Shown here piece by piece: positions 46,498 through 55,013 of a DNA stretch of 64,000 nt. Where the stretch lies: positions 434,319 to 498,318 of the forward strand of contig OZ220720.1 in assembly GCA_965116655.1 (NCBI GenBank), given 5' to 3'. The position numbers were made by a program, and so were the translations under genes. The notes under the pieces were generated by a model. That model saw nothing but the letters and a program-made list of their open reading frames with translations, made no database searches and had not been told where the DNA came from. Each line of letters opens with the position of its first letter. Position 1 is the stretch's first letter. Source of the DNA: Dehalococcoidia bacterium. GTDB lineage: Bacteria; Chloroflexota; Dehalococcoidia; Lucifugimonadales; VXLM01.

Positions 46498-46845
46498 ATG
46501 ATAACCTTGAACATGCGGCTGACGGCCAAGCCGGGGTGTGAAGCCGAGTTGGAGTCCGCGATATGCGACAAGTGGATGAAGGCAATGGCTCGACAGCCCG
46601 GTTTCATTCGCGGCGTCATGCTCAAGCCGTACGAAGGAGAGGCCGCGGCCAAGGTCGGACTGCCGGAGCAGGACTTCACTGTCGAAGTGGTCTCGTTTTG
46701 GGAAAGTGAAGAACGGCGGGCTGCATGGGCGGCAAGCGACATTCACGCAGAGGTGATCGCGTACGTCAACGACGCGATCTTGCCGGAAACCGGCAAGAAG
46801 GCCGTCATGTTTACGATTGAGAAACATTGGGAGCCATCACCGTAA
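46498..46845 (+). CDS. Antibiotic-biosynthesis-monooxygenase (ABM/Dabb) domain protein
   Basis: About 100-aa ferredoxin-like pattern MITLNMRLTAKPG...GFIRGVML...VVSFWESEERRAAW. Confidence 0.65.
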   Translation: MITLNMRLTAKPGCEAELESAICDKWMKAMARQPGFIRGVMLKPYEGEAAAKVGLPEQDFTVEVVSFWESEERRAAWAASDIHAEVIAYVNDAILPETGKKAVMFTIEKHWEPSP

Positions 46846-46916
46846 TTCGATCGCAAATGCCTGTAGGATTATGACAAAGAAGGAAGGCAACTCTTAATCA
46901 CGAGGAGTAACGGAGA

Positions 46917-47864
46917 ATGACGGAAGGACGATTGGTCTACATGAGCGGCGATTTCGTACCGGAATCGGAGGCGCGAGTGTCGATTTTCGACACGGCCCTG
47001 ATGTTCGGCGACATGGTGTTCGAGATGACGCGGAGCTATAACATGGAACCGTTCCGGCTACGGCATCACCTCGAGCGACTGTACGCGGGGATCAAGATCC
47101 TGGAGATCGACTGCGGTCTGGACATCGACGAGATGGAGGCCGCGACAATGGAGACGATCGAGATCAACAAGGACCGGATGCCGGAAGGCGTCGACTACCA
47201 GATCATGCACAACGTCTCCAACGGGCCACTGGGGCTGTATTCGTCAGTATTCCCCGAAGGAATCAAGCCGACGATATCGATCAACGTCTGGCCGCTGACG
47301 TGGCATCTCGCCGGGATCGCCGACTACTACGACACGGGCGTCCACTCCATACTGACGCAGCAGCAGTCGGTGCCCGCGAGGTACATAGATCCGAAGATCA
47401 AGAACCGCAGCCGGGTCTTCTACCAGGTGGCGAACCTGCAGGCGCATAAGATCGACCCGAAGGCCTATGCCCTTCTGAGCGACGAGGATGGCTTCATCAC
47501 CGAGGGGACGGGCAACAACTTCTTCATCGTCAAGGACGGTGTGATCTACACGCCGGAGGGTCGAAACATTCTGCGGGGAGTCACGCGCGGCGCGGTTATC
47601 GACCTCGCCGCCGAGCTGGGGATACCGCTGCAGGAAACGAACCTCGAGGCCTACGACGTTCATGGGGCCGACGAGGCGTTCGTGTCGAGCACATCGATGT
47701 TCATCCTGCCTGTGACGAAATTCAACACGCTGCCGGTCGGCGACGGCGAGATCGGCCCGACGGTACGGCGGCTCACCAATGCCTTCAGCGGAATGGTCGG
47801 CTTGGACATCGTCGCCCAGGCGAAGCAGTATAAGGCCGAAGCGGAGGCTATGCCGGCGGGATAG
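46917..47864 (+). CDS. Class IV aminotransferase (branched-chain / D-amino-acid aminotransferase family)
   Basis: FGDMVFEMTRSY, KIKNRSR, ITEGTGNNFFIV, ILRGVTR motifs. Confidence 0.85.
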   Translation: MTEGRLVYMSGDFVPESEARVSIFDTALMFGDMVFEMTRSYNMEPFRLRHHLERLYAGIKILEIDCGLDIDEMEAATMETIEINKDRMPEGVDYQIMHNVSNGPLGLYSSVFPEGIKPTISINVWPLTWHLAGIADYYDTGVHSILTQQQSVPARYIDPKIKNRSRVFYQVANLQAHKIDPKAYALLSDEDGFITEGTGNNFFIVKDGVIYTPEGRNILRGVTRGAVIDLAAELGIPLQETNLEAYDVHGADEAFVSSTSMFILPVTKFNTLPVGDGEIGPTVRRLTNAFSGMVGLDIVAQAKQYKAEAEAMPAG

Positions 47865-47900
47865 CTCTACTCTACCCTGCCCCCGGCCTACAAGCTTTAG

Positions 47901-47994
47901 ACTAGTGGTCCAACATCATAGTATTGAAGAGTAACGGGACTGTGACTTGGTAGGGGCGGGTTTGTAACCCGCCCTGTCGTTGCGCTTCTACCCG
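47901..47994 (+). repeat. MITE/REP-like intergenic element, copy B
   Basis: Aligns to copy A (681-775). Central hairpin GGGGCGGGTTTGTAACCCGCCC. The 3' arm has diverged. Confidence 0.7.
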
Positions 47995-48018
47995 CCACTC
48001 CTCTGAAGACAACCTCAC

Positions 48019-48045
48019 GTAGGGGGATTCGCGAATTCCCCCTAC
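48019..48045. repeat. Palindromic hairpin GTAGGGGGATTCGCGAATTCCCCCTAC
   Basis: Read directly; near-perfect self-complementarity with one unpaired base. Confidence 0.55.
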
Positions 48046-48139
48046 TGCCATTCTCGTGATTGGTGGTGTCGGTGGCAACCGACATGAGCGATTTCTGGGA
48101 ATTCGGTCTGCTAGCACCCTGCACCCTTCTTCCCCCGAC

Positions 48140-48168
48140 TTGACATCAAAGAACACATGTCCTATCCT
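48140..48168 (+). promoter_or_regulatory. Candidate promoter TTGACA-N17-TATCCT
   Basis: Read directly, about 135 nt upstream of the HTH gene ATG. Confidence 0.35.
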
Positions 48169-48192
48169 ACTCACATGCGGCAATCCAACCTA

Positions 48193-48256
48193 CCCCCTCT
48201 CCCGTCTTGGGAGACGGCCTGCCCCGTACTCCGATACGGGGGTTGGGGTGAGGGTG
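48193..48256. repeat. CCCCTCTCCC...GGGAGA...GGGGTGAGGGTG repeat with nested CCCCGTA/TACGGGG hairpin
   Basis: Same family flavour as 21756-21792. Contains an inserted 7-bp hairpin at 48221-48241. Confidence 0.55.
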
Positions 48257-48290
48257 AATACCCGCCGCAAAACTTTACAATAACGAGGGA

Positions 48291-48320
48291 AATGTCACAA
48301 AATGTCACAGGACGTCACAA
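48291..48320 (+). promoter_or_regulatory. Three tandem 10-bp direct repeats (AATGTCACAA / AATGTCACAG / GACGTCACAA) spanning the HTH gene start codon
   Basis: Exact 10-bp phasing read directly. The ATG at 48302 lies in the second unit. Confidence 0.45.
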
Positions 48321-48772
48321 ATTCCGAAAAAGAACTCTCCGAAAAACAGGTGCTTGCAATCCCCCATCTGGTCTCCGCCAAATCGGTCAGTGAGACCGCC
48401 GAGCTCGTTGGCGTGACTCGCAGGACCGTCTACCGCTGGATGGACGATCCCACCTTCCGCGAAGAGTACGATAGGCAGCGAGACGCCGTCGCCAGCTTCG
48501 CTCGGTCCGGCATGAGGGCACTCATGCTCAAGGCCCTGGTGATCCAGGCCGAGCGCTTCGATTCCAACAACGCCAGAGAGAGCGCACGCGCCGCAAAGGT
48601 CATCATGGACTACGACGCAAAGCCGGCCCCAAACACGAGAGCCAAAAGCTCCTCAACCTCCTGCACAGCGTCATCTACAGTACTGACAACCGGGTACTGG
48701 ACCAACCCACGATCAATTCCGAGCTCGAACAATACCTGCATTCCCATGAGCGCCAATGACCCCGCCTTCTAA
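48302..48772 (+). CDS. Helix-turn-helix protein (phage/mobile-element-like), probably frameshifted near codon 111
   Basis: HTH SVSETAELVGVTRRTVYRWMDDPTF. The C-terminal 45 aa in this frame are S/T-rich junk, while the other frame reads KHESQKLLNLLHSVIYSTDNRVLDQPTINSELEQYLHSHERQ* ending at 48759. Confidence 0.55.
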   Translation: MSQDVTNSEKELSEKQVLAIPHLVSAKSVSETAELVGVTRRTVYRWMDDPTFREEYDRQRDAVASFARSGMRALMLKALVIQAERFDSNNARESARAAKVIMDYDAKPAPNTRAKSSSTSCTASSTVLTTGYWTNPRSIPSSNNTCIPMSANDPAF

Positions 48773-48782
48773 AACCCATCCC

Positions 48783-48811
48783 GTCATTCCTGCGAAGGCA
48801 GGAATCCAGAG
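48783..48811. repeat. GTCATTCC-hairpin-GGAATCCAGAG palindromic repeat, copy 2
   Basis: GTCATTCCTGCGAAGGCAGGAATCCAGAG. Confidence 0.6.
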
Positions 48812-48894
48812 AACCTGATAAGGCGAATGCACAGCCATGTTGCTCCAATCTCGCCTACCCCTCATTTCAAAGATTTCGGTCCACTAGCGCTTCG

Positions 48895-49941
48895 TTACAA
48901 CGCGCTCTCGACTCGTGCTCGTAGACGTTTCGTCCACGACGCAAAGAACGCATTCGACCACGCGCATGGGACGGAGCGGACCATCATCCCATAGACCCAG
49001 GGGCGCGAGACTCTTATTCGCATGTCGGGGTCGAGCCATTTTGGGCTGCGTAATAGCAGGTCCAGCGTCGCGAGTCCGATGAGAACCGGCCAGATCATGG
49101 CCAGCCGAAGCCGCACACTTCGCCTGGGCGTGGCCTGTATGTATTCCTCGGCGGAGACATAGAAGCCGAGGGCACGACGCACGAGGGTGGATCGCAAAGG
49201 TCCGGCCTTTTCTATTACATCGGGACTCAGCAAGTCCTCCGGCGTGAGGCCAACAGACTCCAGCAACTCGCGAGGAACGTAACACCGCCCTACCCTCAAG
49301 TCCTTTGGAACGTCTCGGATGATGTTCGTCATCTGCAGGGCTTTTCCGAACCTGACTCCGAGATCTACCATGCGACCTCGATCCCACTCCCGAACCGCGG
49401 GATCGTGGGTGATCACGACGTCGGTCCAGAACTCGCCGACGCATCCGGCCACGAGGTAGGTATACAGATCGAGATCGTCGAGGGTGTCGAGAGCGCCGAT
49501 CCGGCCCGATTCAGGAGCCGGAAAGGTGGTCAAGTCGAACTCCATGCCACGGACCAGGGTATCGACGGTGCGCCTCACGTTTCGTTGGTCTTTCTCCGGC
49601 AAGTTGTCGAGCAGAACGAACAGACGGGGAAGGGCTTCTAGGAGTTCAGTCTCAGGGCCATCCGGTCCAAACCGCGTATCAATGAGGCTGGCTACCACGC
49701 CGATAGGCTCAGTGTCCCTGCTTGCCAACCGAGCGCGAAACCGTTTCAGGTGCTCGTAGCGGGTATCCGAAGGCAGCGCATCGGTGTCGGCAATCGTATC
49801 CGCCGCGCGCGCCAAAAGATATGCAAGCTGAATCGGTTCTCGAACCGGTCGGAGAAGGACACGAATCGTGAGATAGAACGACCGAGATACCCCCTTCAGG
49901 AGGCCGGCCGGGATGTCGCTGCGATTGTCCAAAGAGGTCAT
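48895..49941 (-). CDS. Squalene/phytoene synthase family protein (squalene-synthase-like)
   Basis: VSRSFYLTIRVL, first Asp-rich motif ARAADTIAD, second region NIIRDVPKDLRVGRCYVP. Confidence 0.8.
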   Translation of the reverse strand: MTSLDNRSDIPAGLLKGVSRSFYLTIRVLLRPVREPIQLAYLLARAADTIADTDALPSDTRYEHLKRFRARLASRDTEPIGVVASLIDTRFGPDGPETELLEALPRLFVLLDNLPEKDQRNVRRTVDTLVRGMEFDLTTFPAPESGRIGALDTLDDLDLYTYLVAGCVGEFWTDVVITHDPAVREWDRGRMVDLGVRFGKALQMTNIIRDVPKDLRVGRCYVPRELLESVGLTPEDLLSPDVIEKAGPLRSTLVRRALGFYVSAEEYIQATPRRSVRLRLAMIWPVLIGLATLDLLLRSPKWLDPDMRIRVSRPWVYGMMVRSVPCAWSNAFFASWTKRLRARVESAL

Positions 49942-50025
49942 GGTAGTTCGGCGGCGGACGCGGCTATGGTATGCTTCGCCCCTACCCTCGTCAACGACCC
50001 CTAGCCGGACGAAAGGAGGAGTAAC

Positions 50026-50442
50026 GTGCCTGCAACTCCCTCAAAGGAAGACCTCTCTCGCCTAAGCGAGTTCCTCGCGCCAACGAAGATCGCCGTTGTC
50101 GCCACCATTGGGCGGGACGGTATGCCGCAGCTAACCCCGAACTGGTATGTGTACCTAAACGACAGGATCGCCATATCGACGACCAAGCAGAGGGTGAAGT
50201 ACGGAAACCTCGTTCGTGACCCCCGATTAGCCGTGTGCGTGCTGACGGACCCGCTGGCGCAGGAGTACGTGGCGGTTAGAGGGACTGCGGAAGTCATCGA
50301 CGACGATTCGATCTGGCCTGTCACTGAGGCCATCGTTCGCCGCTATGTCCGCCCTGAGCGGGTGCAGGCCCGCATGGAGCAGCTTCGCACCGAGGACAGG
50401 ATCATCATTAGCCTGAAACCCGAAAGGGTCCATTTCCGCTAG
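50026..50442 (+). CDS. PPOX-class (pyridoxamine 5'-phosphate oxidase-like) probable F420-dependent oxidoreductase
   Basis: VATIGRDGMPQLTPNWYVY...TKQRVKYGNLVRDPRLAVCV...YVAVRGTAEV pattern. Confidence 0.7.
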   Translation: MPATPSKEDLSRLSEFLAPTKIAVVATIGRDGMPQLTPNWYVYLNDRIAISTTKQRVKYGNLVRDPRLAVCVLTDPLAQEYVAVRGTAEVIDDDSIWPVTEAIVRRYVRPERVQARMEQLRTEDRIIISLKPERVHFR

Positions 50443-50488
50443 GGCTGGACTTCGTTCTCCGAATCTCTCGCCCGGCAGGAAAATGCAA

Positions 50489-50524
50489 CGGGGCCGGTCG
50501 ACTTTCGACCGGCCCCGCTTTTTG
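50489..50524. terminator. Bidirectional rho-independent terminator
   Basis: 13-bp perfect stem CGGGGCCGGTCGA/TCGACCGGCCCCG followed by CTTTTT. The complement is flanked by TTGCATTTT. Lies between convergent genes. Confidence 0.8.
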
Positions 50525-50568
50525 TCCCTAGCCAGTAAGACCGCCGGGGGCTATTTCTTGTTCAGCGA

Positions 50569-53037
50569 TTAGTCCCAGTAGTTCGCGTCGAGGAAGTTCA
50601 CGCTGCTGTAGCGCTTCGACCTGTTGCCCGGGTGATTGAGGTTGTCAATCCCGTCCTCGAAGTAGAACCACTCCATCGGGTGACCGCCTGCGGGCGACCA
50701 GTTCTTCGGCACATTGCGCATGTTGTTGCGCTTGATCTTCAGTGCGCGGAACAGGCCGGCGTAGGCGAGGCCACCGATCTTGTACTTCTCTTCCGCGTTG
50801 ATGCGGAACAGACCTTGCCCGGCTTCGATGCGCTTCGGCGACAGCAGGGAAACCGTCCATCCCTCGGTAATCAGCTCCTGAAGCCTGAGCATGTTGCCGC
50901 TGATGTCAGCGGGGTACGTGCCGTCGGGGGCCATGTTGCCGTACACATCGGTGTACTTCTCGTCCGGACCCGTCGGGGGCATTCCCTCTTCACCGCGGGT
51001 CGCGTAGTACTGGCCGATGGCGGGACCCTGTGGGTCCTTCGTCGTCGGGGCCACGCGGTTCCAGGCGTTGGACCACGGGTTCGTTCCACCCTCGGTGGAG
51101 GAGAAGAACTCGAAGTACTCGGTCGGCGGGATGCTGGTGTTGCCGGCGCGAGAAGACTGGTCGGCAATGCTCAGCTTAATTCCCAATGCCCTGAAGTCGC
51201 TCTGCAGCCACTCTACGAACGGGTAGTGCGAGCTCGACTGGAAGAACATGGACAGAGGTCCGGAGCCGTCCTTCTTGTCCAGGTAGCCGTCACCGTCCGC
51301 GTCCGTGTAGCCCATATCTTCCATGAGGGCCTTGGCGCGGTCGAGGTCGTACTCGGTGTCCAATGTCCTGTACTCCTCACCCGGGAAGTACGGGGTCGAA
51401 GGATGGGGCATCATGTTCTGCGGAGTCCCGAGCCCTGCGGCGAGGGACTGGTTGGTGCCGTTCCTGTCCCACGCAAGGGAGAGGGCGACACGGAAGTCGT
51501 GTGTTCGGAGCAACTGTCCGAGCTCAGGGTCATCCACGTACTCTTGGTTGTTGATGAACGTCGAGTCCGAACCGTCGGGCGAGTCGTGTTTCAGCACGCT
51601 GTAGTCGCCCTTCTCGGAGTTGGCGAGATAGAGCGGCATTTCGGCGGTGTTGAGGTCCCAGCGAGACCAGTCGCTCTCACCGTTCATGGTGCGGAAGATG
51701 CCGACCTCTCGGCTCTCGGTGCGAATGCCTATCCACTCGTCCATGTACGGAAGCTGGTTACCCTCAGGGTCGATGGACGGGTGGTAGTGGTTGCGCTCAA
51801 ACTCGGTCGACTCCGCTCCCGGCACCTGACTACGCGCCCAGAAACCGCCGAGCACAGGGTTGTAGTGGTTATCGCCCCTGTAGATGTAGTTGATGTCGAA
51901 CTCGGTCGGGATAGGCTCCGACGGCGGACCCTGGAATCCACGGACGTTCCTGATGTACGAGAAGTTCTTCACCCAGTTCGGCTGGTTGTTCGCCTCAAGA
52001 ATCGCCGGAATCTCAGCATTGTTGTACTTGATGTGGTACCGCTTCTGAATATGCGAAGGCGAGATGAAGCACCTCGGGCATCCCTTGATGCCGGAGAAGA
52101 TGTTCATCGCCGTCGACTCCATGAAGCTGAAGTTCGGGTCGTCGAAGAAGACCTTGAAGGTCGAATCGTCGACGATCTGCACTCTCATGTCGTTGCCGGT
52201 GATCGGCGACCTGAGCACGGCGGGAAGACCGGGCATCAGCTCTTTGTTGAGCATCAGGTCCTCGAGGGCGAACCGTATATCCTCCATCGTGTGGGGATGT
52301 CCGTCCGACCAGCGCGCGCCGTTACGCATCATGAAGGTGAACTCGTCACCCGCGTCGTTCGACTCGAACACGCGGAAGACGCTGGGTACGAGAAGAAGTC
52401 CGTCGGGGGACATCTCAAGGCCATAGCCCATGCCCATATCTGTCTGGGTGATGTTGCCCCTGCGAGTCGTCCTCAGGCTTCCGCCGTACACTCCGATCTC
52501 GTCACCTGGCGGGAGGATGAAGACGTTCTGCCAGTCGGGAAGTCGCTGATCAACCGGCAGGATCGTACCGGCCTTCACAGCGGCTGCCGACATAGGAGAC
52601 TCCTTGTACGGCACCTGCGGGAAGTTCTCGTTGGACGTGCCCGAAATGATATGGAACGCCCGACCGAACGAACCCGGCTCGATCTTCTCAGGCATGTACA
52701 TGGCGGCTTCCATCGTATCCATCATACTGTCGTCGCCCGTGCGAGCTGCCACAGACGATGTGGAGCCGCCAACTGCCTGTGGCGCCATGGCGGCTTCAGG
52801 CTGCTGTGGCGCCATGGCGGGCGCTGCAGGAGCCGGCTGCTGCTGGACCTGTGACGGTGCCTCAGGAACAGCTTGGTCCGTCGGGTATGCTGCCTCCGCC
52901 GCCGGGGCAGCCGCTCTGGCAGCCGCCGGTTGCGCCGGGTCGTCCGGTTCCTCGGCAGCGCAGGCAATGCCCACGACAGCCAGAATCACAGCCGCGAAGA
53001 CGGCAGCGATACTATACTTCCAATACCTAGTTTTCAT
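50569..53037 (-). CDS. ABC transporter substrate-binding lipoprotein, family 5 (peptide/opine/nickel type), with long Pro/Ala-rich tether
   Basis: Lipobox VVGIAC, about 100-aa PA-rich linker, SBP_bac_5-like body. No permease or ATPase genes are adjacent. Confidence 0.8.
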   Translation of the reverse strand: MKTRYWKYSIAAVFAAVILAVVGIACAAEEPDDPAQPAAARAAAPAAEAAYPTDQAVPEAPSQVQQQPAPAAPAMAPQQPEAAMAPQAVGGSTSSVAARTGDDSMMDTMEAAMYMPEKIEPGSFGRAFHIISGTSNENFPQVPYKESPMSAAAVKAGTILPVDQRLPDWQNVFILPPGDEIGVYGGSLRTTRRGNITQTDMGMGYGLEMSPDGLLLVPSVFRVFESNDAGDEFTFMMRNGARWSDGHPHTMEDIRFALEDLMLNKELMPGLPAVLRSPITGNDMRVQIVDDSTFKVFFDDPNFSFMESTAMNIFSGIKGCPRCFISPSHIQKRYHIKYNNAEIPAILEANNQPNWVKNFSYIRNVRGFQGPPSEPIPTEFDINYIYRGDNHYNPVLGGFWARSQVPGAESTEFERNHYHPSIDPEGNQLPYMDEWIGIRTESREVGIFRTMNGESDWSRWDLNTAEMPLYLANSEKGDYSVLKHDSPDGSDSTFINNQEYVDDPELGQLLRTHDFRVALSLAWDRNGTNQSLAAGLGTPQNMMPHPSTPYFPGEEYRTLDTEYDLDRAKALMEDMGYTDADGDGYLDKKDGSGPLSMFFQSSSHYPFVEWLQSDFRALGIKLSIADQSSRAGNTSIPPTEYFEFFSSTEGGTNPWSNAWNRVAPTTKDPQGPAIGQYYATRGEEGMPPTGPDEKYTDVYGNMAPDGTYPADISGNMLRLQELITEGWTVSLLSPKRIEAGQGLFRINAEEKYKIGGLAYAGLFRALKIKRNNMRNVPKNWSPAGGHPMEWFYFEDGIDNLNHPGNRSKRYSSVNFLDANYWD

Positions 53038-53253
53038 ATGTACTCCCTTCTGTTTTTCAACCTCTTTACTTTGCTAATGGTCCACTTTTACCAAAAACGG
53101 CATGGACTATATCTTCCTATTCGGCAAATGTCAATACTGCATCGGCACTCTATGGATGACCAAAGCGAGAATCGCACATCTCAGGATAGTCGGCTTGGCA
53201 CATGAATACCAGATATAAGTCTCTTACAGCAAGGACCGTTCTCGAAGCCATGG

Positions 53254-53297
53254 CACGACGGCACCAGGATGTCGGACTCAGCCCTGGTGCCGTCGTG
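53254..53297. repeat. Perfect 15-bp inverted repeat CACGACGGCACCAGG-N14-CCTGGTGCCGTCGTG
   Basis: Read directly in the 716-nt intergenic region between the SBP gene and the RraA-like gene. Confidence 0.7.
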
Positions 53298-53753
53298 GCC
53301 CGGGATACTCATGTCATGTCGTGCGTGAAGCCGTCCAGTCCTTGTCCGGCCCGTTCGGCCAGGAGTTGAAGGTCGTCGCAGTGTTCACCGTGGATCAGGA
53401 GAATACCGGCTCCTGCACCGGTGAGCCTGTCGAGCCATTGGGACATCACGTTCGGCTTTTACCTCAGTGATGCAGGGTCGCGACTACGTCCTACGCTTGA
53501 GTAGGAATTATGCAGAGGGTCGTTTCGCCACCGGAAGTCGGCTCCGGATTCAGGTTGCACAGGATATCTTCGTTCTCTGAGTGCAGGGTATAAGGCTGCC
53601 AAACCTCACGAATATACTGTCTTGATTCACTGTCGGACACTGCTGCGCTTCACCTCGATTCTCTTTAGCCCATTAGCAACTCGCCCACAATTGTTTCAAG
53701 CGCTATGTTTGAATACAATAGCGCCCCGCGAGAACGAGACCGGGAGGCAACAC

Positions 53754-54479
53754 GTGACTCAGGACGCACAAATCACTGATGAGCAACTGGAGGTGCTAAG
53801 AGGCATCCCCACCCAGACGATTATCGACGCCCTATGGGCCCAGGGCTACCCTCCGACGATGATAGAGGGAGCGCGGCCCTTGCAGACGGGCCAGCACATG
53901 GCGGGACGGGCAGTCACGCTGCGCTACGTCCCCCACCGGCCCGATCTTGCCGAAGACAAGCCGAAAGGGGATCAGTCGGCGGAGTACGTGGCCTTCGAGC
54001 AATGTGGCCCGGGCACGGTGCTGGTCATCGACGCCATGGGATGGAAATACAGCTCCGTGGGCGGCGACATTAAGTTTTTCCGCCTCCTCCAGAGGAAGGT
54101 GGGAGGCCTTGTGACCGACGGCTCAGTGCGGGACAGCGTTGCGCTCAAGGAATACGGATTCCCCGTGTATTCCTATTCGACTACCGCGAAGCAGGGCCCC
54201 TCCGATTTCTGGCCGTGGCAGGTCAATGACGCGATACAATGCGGCGGTGTGCTCGTAAGGCCGGGGGACGGCGTGGTAGGCGACGACGACGGCGCGGTGG
54301 TGGTTCCCCGTGCTATGGTGAATGAGGTGATCAGAATAGCCGAGGAACGACACGCGGTCGAAGAGGTCGTCAAGGCGCAGTTAGCCATCGAGAACGTCTC
54401 GCCGGGCAAGTACTACCCCTTCAATGACCGCACATGGGAACTCTACGAGCGGAAGACCGGAAAGAAACGGGGCGAGTAA
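53754..54479 (+). CDS. RraA family protein (HMG/CHA aldolase / oxaloacetate decarboxylase-like)
   Basis: GGDIKFFRL...VTDGSVRD...VGDDDGAVVVP motifs. GTG at 53754 follows a GGGAGG Shine-Dalgarno; the TTG at 53622 would add a non-homologous extension. Confidence 0.8.
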   Translation: MTQDAQITDEQLEVLRGIPTQTIIDALWAQGYPPTMIEGARPLQTGQHMAGRAVTLRYVPHRPDLAEDKPKGDQSAEYVAFEQCGPGTVLVIDAMGWKYSSVGGDIKFFRLLQRKVGGLVTDGSVRDSVALKEYGFPVYSYSTTAKQGPSDFWPWQVNDAIQCGGVLVRPGDGVVGDDDGAVVVPRAMVNEVIRIAEERHAVEEVVKAQLAIENVSPGKYYPFNDRTWELYERKTGKKRGE

Positions 54480-54533
54480 GAGATCTGCGATTAGTTAAAG
54501 AAACGAAAGATAAAGGACTAGAAGGAGATCTAG

Positions 54534-54902
54534 ATGGAATTCATAGGATCAAACCTCGATAGACCGTTTAGTTCAGCCGTGATCCACAGCGGCAGAACTT
54601 TGGAAACGGTTTTGACCGGCATGAAGCCCGGCACCACGACTCCGGTTGAGGGCGGAGCGGCCATGGAGCTGCGTGAGATATTTCGGCAGCTCGACGAGAT
54701 ACTGGCGACGGCAGGAGTCGATAAGACGAGCGTGTGCTCCGCTCGTATATACCTGCAGCACGTGAACCGCGACGTGGGCGAGATCAACATAGTCTGGAAG
54801 GAATACTTCGGCACACATCCCCCAAACCGACGCTGCTACGGCGTAGAGCTTCAGTCGGGAATGCTTGTGGAAGCCGGGTTCGTGGCGGAACTGCCGGACT
54901 GA
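54534..54902 (+). CDS. RidA/YjgF family protein
   Basis: About 120 aa. ELREIFRQLDEILATAGVDKTSVCSARIYL...PNRRCYGV pattern. Confidence 0.75.
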   Translation: MEFIGSNLDRPFSSAVIHSGRTLETVLTGMKPGTTTPVEGGAAMELREIFRQLDEILATAGVDKTSVCSARIYLQHVNRDVGEINIVWKEYFGTHPPNRRCYGVELQSGMLVEAGFVAELPD

Positions 54903-55013
54903 CCTACCCGCGAAGTCTCCATTCAAGAGCAGGCGATCGTCGCACTGTGGTTGTCTAGTTACGTCGGCTGACGGTATCCTGAAAGCTAATCTTGCGGGTT
55001 AGGAGGACTAGCT

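Noticed and set aside
50632-52854. 740-aa plus-strand ORF, the longest alternative ORF in the track
   Set aside because: It is entirely antisense to the 822-aa SBP gene. Its translation is Arg/Gly/Val/His-rich low-complexity sequence (e.g. RRRGHAVPGVGPRVRSTLGGGEELEVLGRRDAGVAGARR) with no motifs. The minus-strand product has a lipobox and a coherent SBP-like sequence. This is a typical GC-rich antisense shadow.
53622-53753. TTG-initiated 44-aa N-terminal extension of the RraA-like gene (the same issue applies to 56104-56199 and 6345-6374)
   Set aside because: The extensions are hydrophobic or odd in composition and have no Shine-Dalgarno. Internal starts (GTG 53754, ATG 56200, ATG 6375) have Shine-Dalgarno sequences and/or an upstream TATAAT box, and they restore homolog-like N-termini.
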